Assembly (NCBI GenBank): GCA_037447435.1
Contig: JBBIGR010000021.1
Span: 1-64,000 of the forward strand
Source of the DNA: Fibrobacteria bacterium
Lineage (GTDB): Bacteria > Fibrobacterota > Chitinivibrionia > Chitinivibrionales > FEN-1185
Direction of reading: 5' to 3'
DNA length: 64,000 bases
Both the position numbers and the translations under genes were made by a program. The number at the start of each line of letters is the position of its first letter. Position 1 is the first letter of the stretch. Of the stretch, positions 48,639 to 59,270 are shown piece by piece. Under the pieces are notes generated by a model, which ran no database searches, was not told the origin of the DNA, and worked only from the letters and a program-made list of their open reading frames with translations.

Positions 48639-48665
48639 TTGGCACTCACTTTAAGCGAGTGCTAA
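48639..48665 (-). promoter_or_regulatory. CIRCE operator (HrcA site)
   Basis: Minus strand TTAGCACTC-GCTTAAAGT-GAGTGCCAA versus consensus TTAGCACTC-N9-GAGTGCTAA (one mismatch). Confidence 0.93.
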
Positions 48666-48666
48666 C

Positions 48667-48695
48667 AATATACCACAATATAAAAAGGAGGTCAA
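48667..48695 (-). promoter_or_regulatory. Sigma70-type promoter of groES
   Basis: Minus strand TTGACC-N17-TATATT with an extended TG, directly upstream of CIRCE. Confidence 0.75.
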
Positions 48696-48859
48696 GTTTT
48701 TTTTAATGTGGCCCCTATACTTTGGCAAAACTCAGCCCGGTTTAAATCACCGTACATATGAACCGGGTGGAAAAATAAATTTGATGGAGTTTATCTTAAG
48801 ACTTTTCAATTCCTTACCGATAGTATTATAATAGAATATCGTTCAAATTGTCCTAACCC

Positions 48860-50080
48860 ATGAAGGCATCAGCAATGTTCGGAAAGCTTTTAACCAAACT
48901 CGGCATAGGCGAAAAAGAGCAGAAAATCCTGTTCAACGTTTTTAAATATTCCCTGTTTTCGGCATTGCTTGTTTCCTTATGCATATGGCTAATACGGTAT
49001 GTCAACATTCAGAAAAATAAGCCGAAACAAACGGTAGAGATACTTGACCCGACCATTGTGTACGAAAAAAACAGCAAAGACCTGCTGCCGGTGGATGTCG
49101 AGGCGCATTTGTTCACGGCAAATTATTATATAAAAAACGATCAGGCCCAAAAGGCAATAGACCATATCCTCAGGGTCATTCCTTTACAAAGAACAAACCG
49201 GGAACTGAAACTCGAATTGGCAACTGCGTATTTATCGTCGGCCGACTATCAAAAAGCGTATGCCTGCTTTACGCAGCTCATCGAAGCGGGGTCCGATTCG
49301 ATCGACAATATTTCGAGAACGGTTTCGGCGCGCATGGGACTGACGCTTTTTTATCTCGGCAGAGTGCAGGCAAGCATGGACACTCTTGACAGTTGCATCA
49401 AAGGGGCACCGCGTTCGGCAGAGGCGTTATGCTATCGCGGAGAAGTCGAGGCCGCGGTCTCCTCCTCGTTTCAAAAAAGTCAAGACTACTTCGACCGCGC
49501 AATCAAGCTTGATTCGAATTATGTCGAGGCCTGGTATCAACTCGCACGGCTTTGCATGAATCAAGGAGATTACGGCCGTGCCCGGATATGCCTGCTTCGC
49601 GTGCTGGAAATAGAGCCCTTGCACGTAAAAACCCATTCGCGTCTCGGGATGGTCTATTATTATCTCGAACAGCCGGACATGGCGAAAAAATCGTATCTGA
49701 CCGCGCTTGCGCTCAATCCGGGCGATTATAACACCCATTATAATCTCGGGGAATTATACTATTCCAAATTCAACGACTCCAAACATGCTCTTGACGAATT
49801 CAAAAAGGCCTTACAGGGCAATCCCGCGCATATTGAGGCGAATTTTAAGATCGGGCTGATTTGCCTTTCGAATAATATGACCAAAGAAGCCATCACGTTT
49901 TTCGAAACCGCGAGGTCGCAGGATCCTAAAAATATCAGGATACTTTTGCAGCTCGCAGTGTCGTACGAGAAAATTTCCATGAAAGAGGAAGCAAAGGGTG
50001 TATACAAATACATCCTTGATATAGACCCGCTAAACAAGGTTGCGCAACAAAAAGAAAAATTAATCGATAGTAGCGAGTAA
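48860..50080 (+). CDS. Membrane-anchored TPR protein
   Basis: N-terminal TM followed by many TPR-like repeats (AWYQLA, THSRLG, THYNLG, ANFKIG). Confidence 0.88.
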   Translation: MKASAMFGKLLTKLGIGEKEQKILFNVFKYSLFSALLVSLCIWLIRYVNIQKNKPKQTVEILDPTIVYEKNSKDLLPVDVEAHLFTANYYIKNDQAQKAIDHILRVIPLQRTNRELKLELATAYLSSADYQKAYACFTQLIEAGSDSIDNISRTVSARMGLTLFYLGRVQASMDTLDSCIKGAPRSAEALCYRGEVEAAVSSSFQKSQDYFDRAIKLDSNYVEAWYQLARLCMNQGDYGRARICLLRVLEIEPLHVKTHSRLGMVYYYLEQPDMAKKSYLTALALNPGDYNTHYNLGELYYSKFNDSKHALDEFKKALQGNPAHIEANFKIGLICLSNNMTKEAITFFETARSQDPKNIRILLQLAVSYEKISMKEEAKGVYKYILDIDPLNKVAQQKEKLIDSSE

Positions 50081-50290
50081 TCACTTATAATACAATATGT
50101 TGTGTAGTTTTTTACTCGGTTTGTTTGTTTTGATTTTTCAATGTTTAAAGTAATAAAAAAAACTTGATTTTATGATGTAAACAAATATATTCTATTAATT
50201 GATAAAGAGATAGACCGACCACATAACCTAATCGTTTACTTTTTTGTGATAAGTATCATATAAAGATCAACTTCTCTTGGAGTCAGCCGT

Positions 50291-50629
50291 ATGGGTAACG
50301 TAACAAAAAAAGACCTTGTTGAAAAAATTTCGGACAAAACAGGACTCACGCAAGTTGATACGAAAATAGTCGTGGAAAGTCTTCTCGACGCGGTTTCGAA
50401 AGCTTTGCAACAAGGTAAGAATATTGAAATACGCGGATTTGGAAGATTTAAAATAAAGGAAAGAAAAGCCCGTAGCGCCCGAAACCCCCGCACAAACGAA
50501 CATATAGAAGTTTCAGCCGGCTACAAACCGGTTTTTGAAGCCTCAAAGGAACTGCGCAAACGCGTCAACGACGTGTATTGGACAAAAGCCGAAGGCATGT
50601 CTACCGAACCGTTGCAATCGCCGGAATAA
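50291..50629 (+). CDS. HU/IHF-family DNA-binding protein
   Basis: TKKDLVEKI, IEIRGFGRF, ARNPRT, VFEASKEL. Confidence 0.93.
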   Translation: MGNVTKKDLVEKISDKTGLTQVDTKIVVESLLDAVSKALQQGKNIEIRGFGRFKIKERKARSARNPRTNEHIEVSAGYKPVFEASKELRKRVNDVYWTKAEGMSTEPLQSPE

Positions 50630-50650
50630 CAAGCGCTGAAAAACAGATTT

Positions 50651-51451
50651 TTACGAGTGCATAAAATATTGGTAGCGCTTAATTTGCGTATCGAGATTCA
50701 TTTCTTTTAATACTTCCAAAAGCTTTTGTTTGGAAATATCGCTTTCCCCCAAATCACCTTCGGCAAGTCTGTTTTTTATCCAAGCATCGTCGGCAAGGGG
50801 ATTTTCGCATATCGCCAATTTGACTTTGTCCTGCAAGGTACCCGGTTTCGCATTGTACCCAGCTTTATGCGGTGACTCTCCACTACCCGATGGAATCAAG
50901 TTTGATAAGCGATTAGTGTCGAGTTCATGGCTTCCGATATCCGAAACATTATTATCCGATGCTATACCCGGAATCGTTGGAATCGTCGTAGTTTGCTGCG
51001 GCGGCGCAATGTTGACCATGGCATTGTCGAGACCGTTGGAACCGGGTTCAACAGGGTTTTCTATTGCACTTGCGCTTTCAAGGCGCACATCGGTATCGGA
51101 ACCGTCTGAATCGTCCGATGCAACATCGGAAATATGACCGTCTCCCTGCGACGCCAGCGGCAAGGGTTCCGGAGAAAACAGAATCGAATATGCACCCACT
51201 GTAATTTTATCGCCTTCAGAAAGCGAAGCGCTCGTTATACGAATATCGTTGACATACGTGCCGTTAAGGGAACCCAGGTCGGACAGCGACCATCCGTCGG
51301 TGCCTTGTTCGATACGGACATGGTTTCGCGATACGGCCTTGCTTGCGATGGAAATCGTATTTGTCCGGGAGCGGCCTATGGAAATGACCGCTTTTTTCAC
51401 CACATAGGTACCAAGCGGCTTCGTATTGACTGAAATAGTAAATGTAGGCAT
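50651..51451 (-). CDS. FHA-domain protein
   Basis: IGR, VSRNH, DLGSLNGTYVN, L.EGDKITVG. Confidence 0.88.
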   Translation of the reverse strand: MPTFTISVNTKPLGTYVVKKAVISIGRSRTNTISIASKAVSRNHVRIEQGTDGWSLSDLGSLNGTYVNDIRITSASLSEGDKITVGAYSILFSPEPLPLASQGDGHISDVASDDSDGSDTDVRLESASAIENPVEPGSNGLDNAMVNIAPPQQTTTIPTIPGIASDNNVSDIGSHELDTNRLSNLIPSGSGESPHKAGYNAKPGTLQDKVKLAICENPLADDAWIKNRLAEGDLGESDISKQKLLEVLKEMNLDTQIKRYQYFMHS

Positions 51452-51479
51452 AAAATACAAGTACACCGTTTCTTTTAAA

Positions 51480-52313
51480 TCAATGAGTTGTCGAAGAATC
51501 CGCACCCCATAAATTCAAAGCCGCTTTTTTAAGATCGGCATACCACGCATGAAGTTCCGCGGGTGTTGCACCGATACTGGCCGCGACTTTATCGATTTGC
51601 TCGCCGCATTCAACGCGGGCTATGGCATTCCATTTTTGTTTCGCGCCGATTTTCGCGCTTGACTTGTTTGATTCACCCCCCTGCTTGGGCGGTGTTTCCT
51701 TAACCGTATCTTCCTTAACGGGAACAAAGGCACCGTTTTCGTCGGAGACTTTGATTTTTGTTCCCTGGCGTATCGCATTGACAATAGATTGCAGCTTGGG
51801 CTCGAGCGGATTTTTTTCATCGTACCCCAGCGACGCATACCTGATCACGCCGAACGTATCGACGACGTACAACGCCGGCAGCGACTTGACACCGTAGCGT
51901 TCGGCCGTCTTGGTATACGGATCGAGCAGAACCGGCACCGTGTAGTTTTTTTCCTTGACAAAAGGTTCCACCACCGTCGAACCTTCCTTATCGATACTGA
52001 TGCATAAAACCGTCACATTGTCGTTTTTATGCTTGTCCGCGAATTTGACAAGTTCGGGTATTTCTTTTTGACAGGGCTTGCAATACGTCGCCCAAAAGCT
52101 GAGTACGACCGTTTGCCGGATTTTGTTGACAAAAGGTTTTGCGAGGGTTTCACCGCAATACGTGGAGAGGGAAACCCGGTCTCCGGTAATCGAGGGCAGG
52201 GAAAAACTGGGTGCCTGCGTACCCGGGACAAGCAGCTTGCTGTCTTGCGGTTTTTGCGCATACAAGAGGCCTGCGGCAACAAAGACGGCGATCATACATT
52301 TGTAGAGAGTCAT
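51480..52313 (-). CDS. TlpA/ResA-like thiol-disulfide oxidoreductase
   Basis: Signal peptide, FWATYCKPC, YGVKSLP. Confidence 0.88.
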   Translation of the reverse strand: MTLYKCMIAVFVAAGLLYAQKPQDSKLLVPGTQAPSFSLPSITGDRVSLSTYCGETLAKPFVNKIRQTVVLSFWATYCKPCQKEIPELVKFADKHKNDNVTVLCISIDKEGSTVVEPFVKEKNYTVPVLLDPYTKTAERYGVKSLPALYVVDTFGVIRYASLGYDEKNPLEPKLQSIVNAIRQGTKIKVSDENGAFVPVKEDTVKETPPKQGGESNKSSAKIGAKQKWNAIARVECGEQIDKVAASIGATPAELHAWYADLKKAALNLWGADSSTTH

Positions 52314-52453
52314 GGTTTTTCCTTTTTCGGCTCGGAAAAGGGGCGTCGGACCAGGCTAAAATCAAGTGATTATATATACAAAAGGAACAGACGCAAAAAC
52401 AAGAATATTATGGAAAAAAAATACGGATTTGCAAAGGGCTCGTTTTATAGCTG

Positions 52454-53260
52454 CTAATCTGGTTTTCCGAGTTCCTCTGCCCTTGCTGCAGCGTCGACAA
52501 CCGCCTTGATGACCGAATACTTGAATTTATTCTCCTCAAGCGCCATCAAGCCTTTTACCGTTGTCCCTGCAGGAGACATTACTCTCGCCTTGAGTGTGGC
52601 AACATCTTCGGGACTTTGCGCAACCATGCGCGCCGATCCCAGTACCGTCTGCACGGCACATTGCTTCGCCGTTGCATAGGGTAACCCTGCGGCAACACCG
52701 CCTTCGATAAGCGATTCGATGAACAAATAAACGTATGCGGGACCGCTTCCCGATAATCCGGTCACGGCATTAAGCAGCTTTTCCGGTACCATAATAGCCT
52801 GACCAATACAGCTGAGCACTTGCTGCGCAAGAGCTTTATCCGTCTCAACGGCCTTGACATTAAAACAATAAGCGGACATTGCCTCGCCGATAAGCGCAGG
52901 CGTATTGGGCATCACCCGGCAAATCCGGGCGCCTTTCGGCAGCAGTTTTTCCAATACGGCAATGGGCTTGCCTGCGGCAATCGAAATAAACAAGGGGTTG
53001 CAGATCTCGGTGTCCATATCCCTGAATGGCGCTAATGCGTCGCCCAGATCCGATGGTTTAGTCGCAATAATAATCGCGTCGGGCATGTTCTCGGTTTGCT
53101 CCCATTCATCGGGAGGCACGACAAGAACTTCATCCGGTAAACGGGTAAGACTTTCGTCGCTTTTATCGTAGGCTATTATCGAAATATCGTCAATTCGGCT
53201 CAACATGCCCGAAATCATGGCCAAACCCATATTACCGCAACCGAGTACCGCTATTCGCAT
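52454..53260 (-). CDS. proC: Pyrroline-5-carboxylate reductase
   Basis: GCGNMG, RVMPNTP, SGSGPAY, SPAGTT. Confidence 0.95.
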   Translation of the reverse strand: MRIAVLGCGNMGLAMISGMLSRIDDISIIAYDKSDESLTRLPDEVLVVPPDEWEQTENMPDAIIIATKPSDLGDALAPFRDMDTEICNPLFISIAAGKPIAVLEKLLPKGARICRVMPNTPALIGEAMSAYCFNVKAVETDKALAQQVLSCIGQAIMVPEKLLNAVTGLSGSGPAYVYLFIESLIEGGVAAGLPYATAKQCAVQTVLGSARMVAQSPEDVATLKARVMSPAGTTVKGLMALEENKFKYSVIKAVVDAAARAEELGKPD

Positions 53261-53347
53261 GAAAATCTCCTGCTGTAAAATGTTGCAAATTGCAAGTTGA
53301 TTTTTGCGTAATCTTCAATCTTTACTTTTTAATCTTTACCCGTTTAT

Positions 53348-54595
53348 TTAACTTTTCATGGATTCCAAAAAGTCTTTATTGGTTTTCGTGCTTGCGATCT
53401 TCTCATTGAGGAATTCCATCATTTCGACCGGCGTCATTGTTGCCAGGAATTTTCTTAGTACCCACATACGGTTCAATTCTTCCTGCGTCAATAACAGTTC
53501 CTCTTTACGCGTACCGCTTTTCATGAGGTCGATTGCCGGATAAATACGGCGATCGGCGATTTTCCTGTCGAGCACGAGTTCCATGTTTCCCGTTCCCTTG
53601 AATTCCTCGAAAATCACTTCGTCCATCCGGGAGCCGGTTTCAATGAGAGCGGTGGCGATAATCGTGAGACTTCCGCCGTTGTCGATGTTACGCGCCGCGC
53701 CGAAAAACCTTTTAGGTTTGTAAAGCGCCTGGGAATCCACACCGCCCGACAGGATCCTGCCCGAATGCGGGGCTACCGTGTTATGCGCACGGGCCAAACG
53801 GGTAATACTGTCAAGCAATATCACGACGTCTTTGTTATGTTCGACCAGTCGCTTCGCGCGTTCGATCGCCATTTCGGCAACAACCACGTGGCGTTCGGCC
53901 GGTTCGTCGAATGTCGAGCTGATGACCTCGGCCTTGACGGATCGCGCCATGTCCGTCACTTCTTCCGGACGTTCATCGATAAGCAACACAATGAGCATGA
54001 CTTCCGGATGATTGGTGGATATGGCGTTTGCAATGCTTTTAAGGAGCACGGTTTTTCCCGTACGGGGCGGCGCGACGATAAGACCGCGTTGTCCTTTACC
54101 AATAGGAGTAGCCAGATTCATGATACGAGTGGATATTTCCTTGGCATTATGTTCGAGATTAAAACGTTCGTTGGGAAACAAGGGCGTCAAATCGTCGAAA
54201 TTGATTTTCTTTTTGCACTCCTCAGGGTCTTCGTAATTCACCATTTCAACGCGAAGCAATGCAAAATACCGTTCGGAATCCTTTGGCGGACGGACCTGTC
54301 CCGAAACCGTGTCCCCGGTTTTGAGAAAGAACCTTTTGATTTGCGACGGAGAAACATAAATGTCGTCCGGCCCGGAAAGATAGCTGTTGAGGGGTGAACG
54401 TAAAAAGCCGAAACCGTCGGGCATTATTTCAAGAACGCCTTCGGCAAACATCTGACCGTTTTGCGCCGCCTGCGTCTGAAGAATCTTGAAAATGAGCTCT
54501 TGACGCCGTAGATTTCGGTGATCGCCGATATTCAGGGTCAATGCCAAATCGTACAGATCGACCATGGACTTAGTCTTTAAATCAGGAACATTCAT
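53348..54595 (-). CDS. rho: Transcription termination factor Rho
   Basis: [41 protein letters not shown]. Confidence 0.98.
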   Translation of the reverse strand: MNVPDLKTKSMVDLYDLALTLNIGDHRNLRRQELIFKILQTQAAQNGQMFAEGVLEIMPDGFGFLRSPLNSYLSGPDDIYVSPSQIKRFFLKTGDTVSGQVRPPKDSERYFALLRVEMVNYEDPEECKKKINFDDLTPLFPNERFNLEHNAKEISTRIMNLATPIGKGQRGLIVAPPRTGKTVLLKSIANAISTNHPEVMLIVLLIDERPEEVTDMARSVKAEVISSTFDEPAERHVVVAEMAIERAKRLVEHNKDVVILLDSITRLARAHNTVAPHSGRILSGGVDSQALYKPKRFFGAARNIDNGGSLTIIATALIETGSRMDEVIFEEFKGTGNMELVLDRKIADRRIYPAIDLMKSGTRKEELLLTQEELNRMWVLRKFLATMTPVEMMEFLNEKIASTKTNKDFLESMKS

Positions 54596-54894
54596 TACGC
54601 TACCTCAACAAGAAAAAATGTTTATATATGTTTTTGCAATTTTAATCGGTTTTATGGAAATAAGAGGCAATGGTTTTGGCCTGTCGGCATTTTATTATTT
54701 TGGATTTAATCGATGCGAGAAGGTATTTCTCATTAGCTATATCGTATTATAAATAATTATCACTGTTAGCTGCGTATTCCGTTTTGGAGAATTTATATCG
54801 AAAACTATTTAAGAAAGGATTTTTCGACAGAACAGGCAGTTTATGAGGCTATGAAACAGGAACCGTTTTTATAATAGCACTCGTTTCATCTACA

Positions 54895-54923
54895 AATATG
54901 CAGTACTCCCGGAAAATAGTCAA
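54895..54923 (-). promoter_or_regulatory. Putative sigma70 promoter of rho, giving a ~290-nt leader
   Basis: Minus strand TTGACT-N17-CATATT. Confidence 0.5.
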
Positions 54924-55065
54924 GATTTTTTTTAATTTTATTAGAAAATATTTCGAAATTATTCATACAAAAAATGTCAATGATTTAGCCTCAGTAAAAA
55001 TTAATGATTTTTTTCCATTGCAAAAATCACGGCAATCTCGTCTTTTTTTAAGAGAACCGGGGTCC

Positions 55066-56235
55066 TCATATTACCCGTAAAACAAGACCTTTCAAATATT
55101 CACCTTCCCGATGAGCAATATTGAACGGATGGTCGGGCGCAGCGCAAAGCACATGCAAAACCTGAACATGGCGCCGACTGTCGGCGGCGGCGGCAAAAAC
55201 TATTTGCCTGAACAAATTCGGATCAATCGCATTTGAGCAGGAGAAGGTGAAAAGTATGCCGTTTTTCCTGATATTTTTCATTGCAAGCAAATTGATGTCC
55301 TTATAACCGCGTGCGGCTGCGGAAACCTCTCCTTTATGTTTTGCAAACTTAGGAGGGTCCAAAACGATGCATTCGAATTGCTTATCGGTTTTTCGCAGAT
55401 AATCGAACACATCGGCACCGACGGTTTCAAAGCGGGACCGGTCGATGTTGTTCAACGCACAATTGCTTTTTGCAACGCCCGATGCTTCTTTCGAAATGTC
55501 CACAAGGGTCGAATATCGGGCGTCGTGCGAAAGCCCGTACACCGAAAATCCGCCGCTGTAGCAAAAACAGTCGCACAGGGTTTTTCCTTTTGCATATGCG
55601 GCGAACAAGGCGCGGTTATCTCGTTGATCAAGAAAAAAGCCCGTTTTCTGCCCGGTCGCGATATCGGCATTGAACCGAAGGCCGTTTTCCAAAACAGTGA
55701 CGCTGGGCGGCAATGTTCCCTTCATGCATCCGTCGCGGCCCGAAAGCCCTTCGCGTAAACGGGCATCGGTGTCCGACCGTTCGTAAATAAAATCCGGACT
55801 CATGCATTGTCCCAAACACGAAACGATCTCCGCGGTGAATTTCTCCATGCCCGCGGTCAGGATTTGGACGCAAAGCCCGGGTCCGTATTTGTCAACAATC
55901 AGACCGGGCAAATTGTCTCCTTCCGAATTGACCAAACGGCAACAATCCGTTTTATCGTCGAGCAATGGCGCGCGCAACGCGATCGCATCGGCAATTCTTT
56001 GGGACAAATCAGAGGGGTTGAACATTTCGCCGTTGGTCGAAAGCATACGCACCCGTATCGTGGATCCGGGATTGATAAACCCGCTTCCCAGCAATTCACC
56101 GCCGGCAGTAAACACGTCGCAGATGGTGCCGGCGTCGGCCTGTCCTTCAACGTGGTGAACCGCACCGGAAAAAACCCAGGGATGTCCCATGCGCAAGGCC
56201 TTGTCTTTCCCGTTTCGCAAATATACTTTCACCAT
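55066..56235 (-). CDS. rlmI: RlmI-type SAM-dependent 23S rRNA m5C methyltransferase
   Basis: GHPWVFS, EGDNLPGLIVD, GQKTGFFLDQR, LDPPKF, FSCS, EGEYLK. Confidence 0.88.
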   Translation of the reverse strand: MVKVYLRNGKDKALRMGHPWVFSGAVHHVEGQADAGTICDVFTAGGELLGSGFINPGSTIRVRMLSTNGEMFNPSDLSQRIADAIALRAPLLDDKTDCCRLVNSEGDNLPGLIVDKYGPGLCVQILTAGMEKFTAEIVSCLGQCMSPDFIYERSDTDARLREGLSGRDGCMKGTLPPSVTVLENGLRFNADIATGQKTGFFLDQRDNRALFAAYAKGKTLCDCFCYSGGFSVYGLSHDARYSTLVDISKEASGVAKSNCALNNIDRSRFETVGADVFDYLRKTDKQFECIVLDPPKFAKHKGEVSAAARGYKDINLLAMKNIRKNGILFTFSCSNAIDPNLFRQIVFAAAADSRRHVQVLHVLCAAPDHPFNIAHREGEYLKGLVLRVI

Positions 56236-56275
56236 TGTATGAATTCCCTTTACCTAAGATGTTTGCCCGGTATCT

Positions 56276-57622
56276 TTACTGCATGATCGTATCTTTAATG
56301 ATTTCCGAAACGGTCGGATGCGGAAAAACCATGTTCGAAACATCGGCCACGGTTTGTTTGTTCGCGACCATCGCCGCAGCGCCGAAAATCATTTCCGAAC
56401 AATAACCGCCCATAAGATGCACGCCCAGAATTCGACGGTCGACCGCGTGCACGACGACCTTGGCCATACCCCGCTCATTGTCGGTCTCGGCCAAATACCT
56501 GCCGCTGTAGCCCATAGGAAGTTTCAATTCCACGCACTCGATGCCCTGGGCAGCGGCATCATCTTTTGTCAAACCGACGCCGGCGACTTCTGGATGCGTA
56601 TAAATGACGGACGGAATAGAACCGTAATCGATTGAACCGTCCCGGCCGAGCATATCCTGTATGCAAACCTGCGCTTCCCGGTATGCGGTATGAGCAAGCA
56701 TTGAATTTCCGTTCACATCGCCGGCTGCCCAAACACCCTCAACATTGGTCCGACCCTTGACATCGGTAATAATGGCCGCCTTGTTGCACGCGATGCCGAG
56801 AGTTTCCAATCCAAGCCCTGCGGTGACCGGCCGTCTGCCTACGCTCACGAGTACGACGTCGGCATCTATCGATTTGACGTTTCCTTCGGTCTCGAAAGAA
56901 ACAGTTCCTTCGCCGATGGACGTTACTTTGGATTGCAGGTAAAAGGTAATGCCTTTTTTCTCAAGCTCACGCTTGAGCGAAAAGCCTAATTCCTTGTCAA
57001 GATTTCCTCCGATATGCGGCAGCATTTCCACAACCGAAACCGCGCTCCCTATTTCGGCAAAAAACGTGGCAAGTTCCAGCCCGATCACCCCGCCGCCGAT
57101 CACGACGAACTTCGACGGTACCGAAGAAACCTCCAATACCTTTTTATTCGTATATACGAAATCCCTGTCTATTCCCGGTATGGGCGGCACAACAGCTTCG
57201 GAACCGGTACACAACAGCAATCGTTTTGCGCAATATTCCGCATCGCGTGTTTTTACAATGAATCCGTTTTCATTTTTGCCCGCCAAAACCGCGGATTGCG
57301 CAATTATTTCCACTTTATGTTTTTTAAGCGTGAATGCTATGCCGTTTTTCAAGGTATCGACGACCTTTTGCTTGCGGGCCATGGCAACGCCGATATCGAA
57401 ACGGACATTGTCGCTTAAAACACCGAATTTTTCCGATGATTTTGCCGCATGGTATAGCGATGCGCATTTCAAAAGCGTTTTGGAAGGAATACAACCTTCA
57501 TTGAGGCAAACGCCCCCAATCGCATTCTTCTCAAACAGCAATGTAGACAATCCGGCTTTGCCCGCTTTTTCAGCAGCAAAGTATCCAGCCGGTCCGGCAC
57601 CGATAATTATCAAATCATGCAT
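56276..57622 (-). CDS. lpdA: Dihydrolipoyl dehydrogenase
   Basis: GAGPAG, GGVCLNEGCIPSK, GGGVIG, MLAH, HPTVSE. Confidence 0.93.
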   Translation of the reverse strand: MHDLIIIGAGPAGYFAAEKAGKAGLSTLLFEKNAIGGVCLNEGCIPSKTLLKCASLYHAAKSSEKFGVLSDNVRFDIGVAMARKQKVVDTLKNGIAFTLKKHKVEIIAQSAVLAGKNENGFIVKTRDAEYCAKRLLLCTGSEAVVPPIPGIDRDFVYTNKKVLEVSSVPSKFVVIGGGVIGLELATFFAEIGSAVSVVEMLPHIGGNLDKELGFSLKRELEKKGITFYLQSKVTSIGEGTVSFETEGNVKSIDADVVLVSVGRRPVTAGLGLETLGIACNKAAIITDVKGRTNVEGVWAAGDVNGNSMLAHTAYREAQVCIQDMLGRDGSIDYGSIPSVIYTHPEVAGVGLTKDDAAAQGIECVELKLPMGYSGRYLAETDNERGMAKVVVHAVDRRILGVHLMGGYCSEMIFGAAAMVANKQTVADVSNMVFPHPTVSEIIKDTIMQ

Positions 57623-58091
57623 TTTTCTTCCCTTTTTTTACAACGGTCGGTTCGGGTTTCTTGGAATACTGTCTCCAGGAAATAATAAAAACCATTACTG
57701 CGCAAAAAATAACAAGCCCTACATATATAGTATAGGGATTTCCCTTGCTGTGAAACCAGGCCCATTGCGGATATTGGGAAAAATAATAAACAGTGGCATA
57801 TTGTGAGCCGGCATGTGCGCCTGCAGACATCGACTTTGTATACTCTTTTCCATCAACGGCATATTTGACAACATCGTATTCCTGATCATAGGTTTGTTTT
57901 TTTGAGGCAAATTCCTTTTTCGTGTAGCTGCCCACGACTTTGCCCGAAACCACACATACGGTCTTTCCCAAATTCACGATATATCCCAAAGCTATGCAAC
58001 TTATAATCAAAATCACTGCGGATATGGTGGCCACGACCAGTGATGTGGAAAGTCCTTTTTTTTGATTTGCCGGCTGATTCATTCGAAGCAC
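57615..58091 (-). CDS. Two-TM hypothetical membrane protein
   Basis: Two hydrophobic helices flanking a soluble beta-rich segment. Confidence 0.6.
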   Translation of the reverse strand: MLRMNQPANQKKGLSTSLVVATISAVILIISCIALGYIVNLGKTVCVVSGKVVGSYTKKEFASKKQTYDQEYDVVKYAVDGKEYTKSMSAGAHAGSQYATVYYFSQYPQWAWFHSKGNPYTIYVGLVIFCAVMVFIISWRQYSKKPEPTVVKKGKKNA

Positions 58092-58416
58092 CCTTTCTTT
58101 ATTATTAGTATTGAATGTACGATATCACATTGCATAAAATAAACTGCGCTCACGCCGGAAGTCATGACCAACAACGATTTTGTGCGGCTCCCGGCAATTT
58201 CTCATGCCCTTTTAACAATTCGTTATACACCCATTCCGATATACGTATGCGAAGCCCTTACGTATGTTTACCATTGCAATTTTGCATATGCGTCCGATAA
58301 GACAATTAACAAAAAGGTAAAGCGTTCCTTAAACGCTTAATCAAGCTTCCCAAATCGTTATTTCAACGCAAAACCGCTTTATAGAGACGGATTATTTATA
58401 AACCGTATTTTTTTTC

Positions 58417-58445
58417 TTGACTTATTTCTTTTTAAAATCTATTAT
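58417..58445 (+). promoter_or_regulatory. Sigma70-type promoter for the surface-protein genes
   Basis: TTGACT-N17-TATTAT. Confidence 0.65.
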
Positions 58446-58599
58446 ATCAATTGCCCGTTTTTAATCCCAAATAATTGGTTTTTGATAAACACTCATTTTG
58501 ATTTTACGTTTTATCAAATTAAAACGACGATCCGGCATGGACAATTAAGAATTAAACCTTACCCTTTGAGACAAACCTATTTAGCGAAAGGATACCGCA

Positions 58600-59205
58600 A
58601 TGTCCAAAAGACTGTATGTTGTTTCGGTGGTCCTGTTGTTTTGCGGCATGGTGTTTGCCGCGGAAGAAACAGGCAATGCGTCAATTAAACCCCTGGCCTG
58701 GGCCGTCGGGTACGACGAAGGGCTTTCGGCAAAGCTTTTTTTGCCGAAAAACATAAGCGTCAACCTGAGCGTCGGCTACACGGTAACGGGTGCGGATTCG
58801 GTGTATAAGCAACCGTTAAACAACATGCTTATTAAAATCGGCGGTGCCTATTTACTTAAAGAATTCGGCAAATTGCGCATCAACGCATTTGTTGACATTG
58901 CAGAATCGATGGTCGAAGGCCAGCTCGCGCACAAAGCGCTGACCGGCGACGACATGACGTACTATCAATGGAATACGAGCGGCCGCCTCGGTCTTGCCCC
59001 CGAATTCTTCATTTCCGATCATTTCTCCTTTACCTACAAATTCGGCGCATTCGTGACTTTTTACGGCACGACCTATAAATTGAATGCCGACGAATCGGGC
59101 ATTGAGAAAAAAGACGACGGTTACACGCAAGGCGGCGTTTTGGGATTTCAGAATAATACGCCCCTGTTGTTTTTGCAGAATATTTCCTTGTATTACTATT
59201 TCTGA
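58600..59205 (+). CDS. Small outer-membrane beta-barrel protein
   Basis: Signal peptide, alternating amphipathic strands, C-terminal LYYYF. Confidence 0.7.
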   Translation: MSKRLYVVSVVLLFCGMVFAAEETGNASIKPLAWAVGYDEGLSAKLFLPKNISVNLSVGYTVTGADSVYKQPLNNMLIKIGGAYLLKEFGKLRINAFVDIAESMVEGQLAHKALTGDDMTYYQWNTSGRLGLAPEFFISDHFSFTYKFGAFVTFYGTTYKLNADESGIEKKDDGYTQGGVLGFQNNTPLLFLQNISLYYYF

Positions 59206-59270
59206 TTTTAACAATGAATAAAAAAGCAAACGATCCGCATTTCCATCATTTAACAAATCAAGGAGGCTCT

